Assembly (NCBI GenBank): GCA_030141605.1
Contig: JAQGDQ010000009.1
Coordinates: forward strand, 744,001 to 808,000
DNA length: 64,000 bases
Origin: Tubiluchus corallicola
Lineage: Eukaryota > Animalia > Priapulida
Reading direction: 5' to 3'
In this document: positions 1 to 64,000 of the stretch, one piece after another
Layout of the letters: each line of letters begins with the position of its first letter
How positions within the stretch are numbered: position 1 is the first letter of the stretch
The notes under the pieces: generated by a model
Told to the model about the DNA's origin: nothing
Database searches by the model: none
What the model saw: only the letters and a program-made list of their open reading frames with translations
Position numbers and translations under genes: made by a program

Positions 1-2266
1 GTTGGTACTTTTTATGGTTTTAGAGTGTTACAACAAAGGAAAACTCTAACAATGCTTCATTAATGATGAAAAGAAGTCGTAACAGTATGTTTATTTGCCA
101 GAAGGATGCTTTTTATTGGATTCTTCTACCTTTGTTGATTTTCAATTAAACTTTGTGCATAAAATGATAGAAAATTATTACAAATACAGAGAAAATCTGC
201 AGTTTAGCAGTCTCAATTCAGTGTTCTTCCATAAATAGGACTTGCCGTTAGCTTCACAGCTTTATACTGTCAATTACTGCCATTGCGTAACGATCCTGTT
301 GAAGCAAACCAAGAATACATGCAATGTCATGCATGATTAATGACTCTTTATTGGAAATCAATATGGCAATAGAGTCACTAATACAATCCGATGTATCTGA
401 CATAAATCTGCGGTCTGCCAGCTCAGATACTGACGTCTCAGACTATAGAGTTTAATTGTGTGAGACAGTCTTTACTCGTCTCACTGCCTCAAGTCTTTGG
501 TTTCATGCCTTTGGCTTCAGTCACTGTTCCGTAATAGTTTTTAACTCTGTATAACTGGATTTACTTTGATTCTGCAAGGTTGATTAAGCAGTTCCGGTTT
601 TTATTAGCAGAACATGGAGTAGTCAGGTTGACTAAGTAATGAGGTTCTTGCTGGTTATTCAGATGATGACAAGGAAGTTACACACACGTGTCTACGTGTT
701 GACCTTCTTGCATTTCACTGTATAGTAGGCCTCAACACCTGTAACAATCAACTGTAGAATTAAACATGTTGACTCACAGAAGCTTGGACTTATTTGTATA
801 TTGTAGTAATACGATTAATATTTTAGCAAAATCTACACAAGCTGTGATTCCCATAAAAACCGTTACTTCGAAGCAGGTCAAGATGTCTTTGAAAGAAGAT
901 CTAATGCTAATTGTGATGGAGGCTGGTTCAACAAAGCGTCCAGAAATGGACAAAAAGATATCTACTCCAGATTTTAACTCCGCACCAGCGAATTTCATTG
1001 GCGAATAATACTAATAGTAATAATTTCTGCAACTTACTTGTGTAAATGTTTAATATTATAACAAGTAAAGCTAATATAGTAACTATAACTTGTACGTAAG
1101 CTTTCATTACAAGGATCAATCAATACACTGCGCCGCTCATTACCCCCCTTACACAGTTTCCTTGAAATATTGAAATTTCTAGTTTGGGTTTTCTTCATTC
1201 ACATGGAAGCCAATTAGACGTGTATTACAGTTTTAACTTTTGGTACTGTAAGTTGATGATTTGCTAGAAATTGTACTCATGTGAAAAAAAGCTTTTCTTG
1301 TTGTCTAGCTGAAAATCTAAATTGGAATAACACTATCATTATAGTAGTAGCAAAAAATATATTGCTCTGCGTGCTCAAATAAAACTAAAATAACTGGGCA
1401 TATCGTTTACAAGACACGGAAGGCGCCTGCAGATGCTAATGTTTAATTCATAGTGAGTGCCTGTTAGTCGGTAGCTGGAGATGCAGGCTGCTTATGTGCT
1501 GTAATTAATACTGACGTGTTTGCATCGAGATTAATTACATACTGTAGATGGCTCTATTAATTATTGATTCCTAACCAACATTCCCACAGACAGGTGGCGA
1601 AAAGACCGAACACTACACAGCTCTGTTACGATGACCGCTTAAAAGAAGCCAGGGGTCATTATAGTCCCAGAAGATATAAGCTTACTCTGGCTCTACGCGC
1701 CTCGACTAAATGATCACCATAAAATAAATGCTGATCCATTAAAAATATCCCCAAGGAGCATACTCGACTTAGTTGACAAATTAATATTGGTTAAACCCCA
1801 GCATACCCCGTAACGTTATAAGATACACAAAAAGCTTCCTCTTGTTAGTAAATGATGCAATCTGTGCTTCATTATTAGAATTGAGATACAAAATAGATCC
1901 GTCGTGTTATGATCGCTATTTTTGATTCTTTTCAATATAACACAGTTACTATAGGTAATTCTAATTGATTGTCGTTGTCGCCGTCATTCTTGTCATCATC
2001 ATTTTCACTCGATCAAATAAATAAAGGTTCCAAGCGAAAAACAAAACGTGAAAAATAATGCAAATTTAATTCTTAATGACAAGAACAGTGAGTTAAGAGT
2101 TAACAACTTATGTAATGTTATCATAAAAAATCATTAGTATGAGTTGGATGGCTGTTTAAGCTCAGTGCTGGCATTTTTTCTCAGTGAATCAGTTTAAGTG
2201 AATGAAACAAAAAACAGAATAATATTACATGAACATTAAGACAATAAGACAATTACTATGTGCGTA

Positions 2267-2552
2267 AAATTTACAAATAATAGGTTTAACTATTTGTTAT
2301 ATAATTTTGAATAAAACACATGGTGTACACAGGAGCACAATATGGTATATACACGCAGTCACTATTTGCAATACCACTACTCACAAGGGCATTGCTGGAA
2401 ACTAAAGCTACAAATTTACAAATAATAGGTTTAACTATTTGTTATATAATTTTGAATAAAACACATGGTGTACACAGGAGCACAATATGGTATATACACG
2501 CAGTCACTATTTGCAATACCACTACTCACAAGGGCATTGCTGGAAACTAAAG
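2267..2552. repeat. Tandem duplication, period 145 bp, 2 copies
   Basis: aaatttacaaataataggtttaac...ctggaaactaaag is repeated apparently identically at 2267 and 2412. Confidence 0.95.
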
Positions 2553-3310
2553 TAGCTTTGCGCAATAGTATGTCAAAATAAGGTATACCAAGAATCACCC
2601 ACATACTTCTCCAGAGTAATCATATGATTTGACAAATAACATACGTATAACCTTGTTATACGGGACTTTCAAATTTTTAAGACTACAGTATATATGTAAC
2701 ACTTATGCCAAAGTGCTGAGCAGTAGAAAGAGTGCAATGACTGATGAAGATGTTTCTGTCGTTGTTGACAGCGTAGCCGCCGGAGAAAAAATTTCGAATT
2801 AGATGGTTGCTTCTGGAGCAAAAAAGGCGACGTTTCTACCATGAAGTTTAGTAGAATGTCCTAGATATTTCTCTTCGTTAACGACACATCCGTCCAGTGA
2901 GAACGTCAGCCATCGTGTTAAGTCTCAAAGAGGGAAAAGCAATTAGTAGTATTTAGGAAGCAAACAAATACAAGCGATGGGAACTACTTTGAAGGAAAAC
3001 CGGTAACCGCATCCCGTGTCGGTTGTGCAACCCGACTAACTTGACGAATACAGCTTCCAGGAATCCGAAAGGAATTAAGAAACGCTAGCAAGCTCAATAC
3101 GAAATCGATGCTGGTTGCATTTCAATAAATTTCTGCTAATTGCTAGTTTTATTTGCATGCTGGTAGTCTGAATCCTTTCAGAACGTGTAAAACGTGTAAA
3201 ATTCTTTCAAAAACATTATGACCTGTTTCAACTTAGGACTTTTGCAGAACACACAGTGTGTGACCTTAAAGTATGTCTAGGAACTTAACAACAACTAACA
3301 ATATAGGCGA

Positions 3311-4062
3311 AGGAAAACCGGACTCAGTCTTAAACTATACTACAAAGCAATCTGCCATATAAAGTATTGAAGCGGAACATACTATTTTTTCAAAAATGAC
3401 TTATTTGTGAAAGAATAATTATCACAGAAACGTAATTTTGCGATTGCGCGACTAATTCTTGGCTGTTGCATGTATTTCGCCATTCGCCAGTTAGATGGGT
3501 ACTAGCGCCTGCATCTCGCAAACGCGTTGCACAAAAAACAGATGTTGCACCTCTCAGTTGAGAGGTGTTCAGTTGTGACGTAGCCACACGTTCGAAAGCT
3601 CATACGTTAGCATAGCGATAAACTTGAAATCTGAATGTTTATCTTAAAACTTGGCTAGTTATAGTACAACACACTGAATATCTTACAGTCGCAATGTATT
3701 TCAATTTTCGCTTTCGCAAACACGCGCAAACATGCTAGTGGAATATTTTTGCTGTTTAAAATTATGTTAGCTTGTGATGTCATCAATAGTTGGGCTCGCC
3801 GCCGTTAACTAAGTTTTGTCAATTTTTGCGTATCACATTGAAGTTGTACAGCAGCACTGTGCTTTAATTTGCGCTTTTGCAGACACATGAAACACGCTCT
3901 TGGAATGCCTATGCCGTTGAAAATTATGTTCACTCGTGTTGTCATCACTAGTTGGACTCACCCGCCATTAATTAAGTCCCTAACATATTATTTAATCACC
4001 AGAAACACTTTCTAAAATGTTTACTTTTTCCCTTACTTCAAAGTGGGATAGGGTGTTTTCCT
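3311..4062. mobile_element. MITE family A copy 1 (Kolobok/T2-MITE-like), with an internal partial duplication
   Basis: Ends are AGGAAAAC...GTTTTCCT|TTAA. The core cattcgccagttagatgggtactagcgcctgcatctc is shared with copies at 15.9, 43.1 and 44.1 kb. Confidence 0.8.
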
Positions 4063-4653
4063 TTAAAGAAATGGATGCAGGATTCTGTTAAACCTTTACC
4101 GTCAGTACATCAGACTATTTGCGTAAACCACGGTAAAAGTGCTTATTAATAATTAAAATTACTGCAGGTATAAGTACTTGATATGATGTTGCGAACATAT
4201 TTGGCCGATTTCGTAGTTTTCAGTATATCTTTATTCATGGCTTTACAGATGCAAGACAATATAATTCCTGGAAATTCCACGGTCCGACGATTTGCTACGC
4301 ACAATCTAAGTTTTATACTATTATTGCGATGAAAAAGTCCAACTAGGTTTTTCAGCGACGGCTTAGCTATTTCTGGCTTCAGCTTTGGCAAAGAGTTAAG
4401 CTCGTTCCCAAGGTTTCCCTGCTGCACATTCGTTACAGACGAGTTTTGGCTTCATCGCAAGATGTGCCGGGGCGTCTACTGATTTATGTCAGTTCACGCA
4501 CTATTTATGCCGCAGTATAAACCATTCACCTTGCAGCGTGAAATACCACGTGTGTATTGCTTGGGTAAAGGCCAGATGACTTATTTTTGCTTTTATACCA
4601 CTTTATAGGCGATGATGAATTGCAGAAGCAGAAGCAAGGATGCAAAAGCGTTA

Positions 4654-4667
4654 AATCTGTTTTCCAG
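4654..4667 (+). other. Putative splice acceptor 31 nt upstream of the ATG (a non-coding first exon probably lies upstream)
   Basis: aatctgttttccAG| at 4666-4667, with a weaker alternative AG at 4689-4690. NCX genes typically have untranslated leader exons spliced shortly before the ATG. Confidence 0.5.
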
Positions 4668-4698
4668 TAATAACACGTGCACATAAGCAGTTGGCAAC

Positions 4699-59835
<55,137 letters not shown>

Positions 59836-60678
59836 GAATGGAAGCTGAGAGTCACGAGTTTATGGCTGCAGTAACTCAGGGTAGACCTAGTCATAATTTT
59901 TGTGTCAGTGGAAAACCACAACTGTGAACATTACGGCACTTGAAGTGCACGTACGTGATGTAGTGTCTAGTGTTGCACCACAAAAGTCGAGTAACTCCAC
60001 CCATTTCAAAAGCTTATACGGTTGCAGTTGGTATACCACCAAAGCTAACTGGGAACCTCTTGATTTGTTCCACCACTTATTTTTTCCCTTTGGTGACATC
60101 ACCTTTGCTACCGTGTGGGTCATTTCATGCAGTTCCTTACCATAAAAGTTTTGAGAGGAAATGTGTCAGAATGATGAGAATAATTAAGATCAAGAAATAT
60201 GAAAGAACTTGTAGCCAAATTAGGCGACTTTATTGTATTCTTTTTTGTTAAAATTTATTGATAAGCCAAGTTTCTGACAACAACTACACTAGCCCATAGG
60301 TGGCAGCACCTTTTTGTTACTGTATATCAAATCTAGTCATTCTAGTCGTCTTGTGGTTGGAGCCTTAGCTCAAGTTTTTACCAATCATTATAATTATGAT
60401 ATTATTGACAACTTACATTCGTGCTATTGATAAAATTGTGAACTATAAAATGACAATGTTTTTATCTCTACAGTGACGATGCCTTATTATTAACTATTAC
60501 AGATGTAACCTTGCCTTAGAATTTAAATCCTTCTAATTATATTATAAAAATCATTCCTAGTTCTCACATAATTCTACTACTGACAATTAGTGTTATTCAT
60601 GAATTGAAATCTTACACTTTTTCTTATACACGCTTCTTTTTTGAATACAAGTACGTTATGTTTACATATTTTAATAGC

Positions 60679-60684
60679 AATAAA
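60679..60684 (+). terminator. Candidate polyadenylation signal of NCX
   Basis: AATAAA about 845 nt after the stop, followed about 20 nt later by the GT/T-rich gatgtttctttgtt. Confidence 0.5.
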
Positions 60685-62595
60685 CAAAGTTGTGTAAATC
60701 ACACTGATGTTTCTTTGTTAAATAGTGTACACAAATGGGTATTGTTTGGTTTTACCCCTAAATTGTCAAACTAAACTACTAAGGATAAAACTGTCAAGGC
60801 AAACCTAACCTGAAATGGACAAAAAAGAAAATGACTAATTTTAAAAAAGTGCAAAACGGTCAAAACGAGTATGCTAACTTCTATTACTTCAACAATAATT
60901 TTAATAGATGGAGACACCAGCAATATAAAGAGTACTGGTAATAATAGTCTACTTTATATGTGACGTAGTGATGTATAAAGAAGAAACAATGTAAGGTGAT
61001 GCCTTCTCAATGTTACTACCAAGATTGTCAAGAGGGACATAGAGCCATGAATATCTATAATACACGAGCACTAAACCATTGCCAAAAAGTGTGAGCAGGG
61101 ACTATGGGAAATAAACCTTATGAGAGATGTGAAATGCCTAAAACGCATGCGATTTGTTCATGAAGTTAACATTGAGCTAATAGATGTAATATAACAATAC
61201 TCATCTGATTATTAAACGTCAAGCTTTACGGAATTGACGAAAATTCCTTAAAAGGTAAGAAAAGGGAATTTTGAAATGTATCCCAAAGAACTTTCCACAC
61301 AAAATTATATTACTTAGCATTACGCTTACAAATTTGAAAGCCTTATGTAGCTGGAACAAATTTCTTAATAATTTAAAATGTTCCTGCCACCTGATAAAAC
61401 TGCACTGTATCGCCATTCCCATATGCGTCATTTTAATTTAATTGACACGTTTTATAGAGCGTTACTGCTAACGCTCTATATGCAGTAAAACAACATGTAA
61501 GTGACATAATTTTAAGGCGAATTTTTAAGTTTCATTTATGAAGAGTGCTTTTTGTCCTTTAACTTTCATGTTTTAATAATGTAAGATCTTTAATACTATA
61601 AGACACACGCCAGAAGGACTCGAACCTGATCGTGCAATTGTTTAATTTTAGCAATTATCCTTGTCTTCTCGTGAAACCATCTCTGTTAGTGAATAAGCGG
61701 TAGATTAGCAGACTTTCTATTGAAATGCTACGCAATCATGTAGCACATTGAGATAAACTCCCAGATTTTTCCCAGAAGTGAAAACAAAATAACATTCAGC
61801 AGACGATGTTAACACCAGAGTCTACCACATATAGGCCTACAGCATCTTGAACACGCAGGCCTATATATTATTGATATATATTGAGATAAATTATATTGAA
61901 ATGAACACTGTATCCCCTAAATAAGGTATTTTGGGACATGAACATCACTGAGCATGACGTACTAAATAAACTTTTTTAAAAATTGATTGTTAGAGATATG
62001 ATACGGTATGGTAACAAATAATATGGAAAGAAAGTTTTGTTTACTTTATAGCAACATCATAATCAAACATGCAAACATGCTGAGAGAAAATGTGAAAGAG
62101 CTGTATCGCAGTTTAAGTGGCTCTATTACTTTTCTTGATTTTGCAAGTTCATGGCATTTTGGCATTTGGTTTACACAACCAACCCCACGAAAAAGTTTTA
62201 ATATTTCAGAAGTACAAATCAACATTGCCATAGGCTTCATGTGTTGTCATTATGTAGATACATGCACCTACATCTATGATGTCAGCAAACTTGTCTGCAT
62301 GATCATTATGATTAAGCAACAACAATTATAAAAGTTAAAAGGACAACACAAATAACAACTATAAGAAAAATAACAACAACAACAGAAACAACAAACAACA
62401 ACTACATCATCAACAACAACAACAACAACAACAACAAAAGACATAGAGAAACGATAATTGTAAAAATAAAAGTACATAAGGCAATGGTTAACAGACGCCA
62501 AAAATAAGAAAGCAAATAGAAAGATAGTTCTAAATGTAAAGCACTGTTCTTTGTTTATTTATTGATTTGTAATTAATTTATTTGTTGAATTTTTG

Positions 62596-63250
62596 TCATT
62601 TATAATAATAATAAATACTGTTTCTATTTATTAAAACAGGCAGACAAATTCTATAATTTACACGGAGATATCTACCAATAGGCAAACTAAACTGTAGCTT
62701 GGGAACAAAAATTTGAGGGACCCCAGATTTTTGGGAGCCAGTGTTAGAAAATTCATATCCCCTATTTGATAACACACCACAAACTGTTACAGATAACGCT
62801 TTTACATAAAGGCCATACAACAAACAGGTCAATTATTACAGAAAAGTACTACACCTTAAAATCTCTTGTAGCCTCCTTACATATAACAACTAATTCAAAT
62901 AAATTAACGTAATTAAAAATAACTCTGTAGGTTCTAATTAATAGCGCTGCTAATACACCACAAGTAATTGTGTATTAAACTTCACATATAAATAACCATA
63001 AATAAAAAGACGACGTTTAAGATGGATTGGGCATATTCTACCTGATGAGGACAAATGTTAACATACTTAGATTTTGCACAGAAAGATCTAAACACTTCAG
63101 CATTAATCCTTAGAAATAAATCCACTTGGGGCATTGCAGCGTGTACGGAGTCCTGGCATAGAGAGGTGAGCAGAATCATGTCCCTGGACGTGTGATTCAA
63201 GAAAGAAGAAGAAGAACCATAAATCCGTACATGACAAACGGGCTGAACTA
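62596..63250 (-). mobile_element. Decayed, internally deleted non-LTR retrotransposon RT remnant
   Basis: Minus-strand SGVPQIFVPKLQF and GLYVKALSVTV resemble the LINE RT motifs GVPQGSxLGPxLF and DLSKAFDTV. No intact ORF. Confidence 0.45.
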
Positions 63251-64000
63251 TCAACCTAGGGCTTCGTAACGTCTAGATGCATTCTTGGTTTTATCACAGC
63301 TCTCCTGATTGACCATTAATTAGCAGTAAATGACTGCAGATGATAGCGTTATCGGACATTCGTGATTCAGCGTAGCAATTTATTATAGAAAATGTTAACC
63401 CAGAGTCAATTAGCCTAAGTATAAATATTAAGCGCTCCATTCTATAGATGAATTCTGTTAGTCCACTGGATGATGTTACAATTATCTACACATAAGACTG
63501 GTGAGGCCTTAAAAGTGCAACAGGTTGCATCAATTATTAACACTTCGTGAATCATATCAAACATGAGAGCTTATTTGAGAAAAAAATAAAAACTAAATAC
63601 GTTTTTATTGTCATGGTAAGACAAAAATGACTGCTTATATTTCTTGACTAAACTGCTGAAATATATTTGTAAACCTAATAGGTTTAGACTAGCCTGAATA
63701 AATCCAGATAATAGCCCAGCCATCAGCCATCTACGCTTTCTGAAAAGGAAATGTTTAACCATCACTCTATAATCTGATCAGATATTTAATTATAAAGAGC
63801 TCACACCTTAACCCTGCGCCATCCTGACCACCGTTACAATTAGTACTGACTGCACGGGTAATTTGTACGCATGCGCGCGGCGGTTTGCCAATCTCGGGCT
63901 TCAGCTTAAAGAAATTCTTAATAACGATTATTGCCGATTTGAGGCTACTGTTGAGTAAATAGTGCATTGAGTGTTGTGATGTAAATACGTATTAACAGCA

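Noticed and set aside
766-1119. Short ORFs near the window start as genes
   Set aside because: They have no recognisable domains or splice structure; at most they are decayed retroelement sequence.
60292-60310. CTCF-like motif cccataggtggcagc in the 3' UTR
   Set aside because: It has mismatches in the 5' core, and a single short motif cannot be supported from sequence alone.

Overview
This is AT-rich animal (invertebrate, probably protostome) genomic DNA, not prokaryotic. The window holds one spliced protein-coding gene on the + strand: a Na+/Ca2+ exchanger of the SLC8A/NCX/Calx family. I reconstructed nine coding exons by hand, all with GT-AG boundaries and matching phases: 4699-6025, 6652-6793, 8299-8571, 51344-51432, 52923-53068, 55406-55505, 58124-58246, 58442-58600 and 59456-59835. 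Together they give 2739 nt, or 912 aa plus stop. Three of these exons are missing from the ORF track. A 42.8-kb intron (8572-51343) sits directly before the exon homologous to vertebrate mutually exclusive exon A/B. It is filled with non-autonomous DNA transposons (TTAA/AGG Kolobok- or T2-MITE-like families and hAT-like MITEs with 8-bp TSDs), LINE remnants, and mini- and microsatellites. I found no convincing novel multi-gene system. The best leads are all RNA-processing hypotheses: (i) inverted MITE copies bracket the first three coding exons, an architecture like vertebrate circSLC8A1; (ii) a 37-bp minisatellite carries four CAG|GTGAGT donors and a phase-compatible 20-nt microexon candidate; (iii) a ~560-bp foldback lies in the intron where NCX/Calx cassette splicing occurs. 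Almost all other ORFs in the track are spurious.
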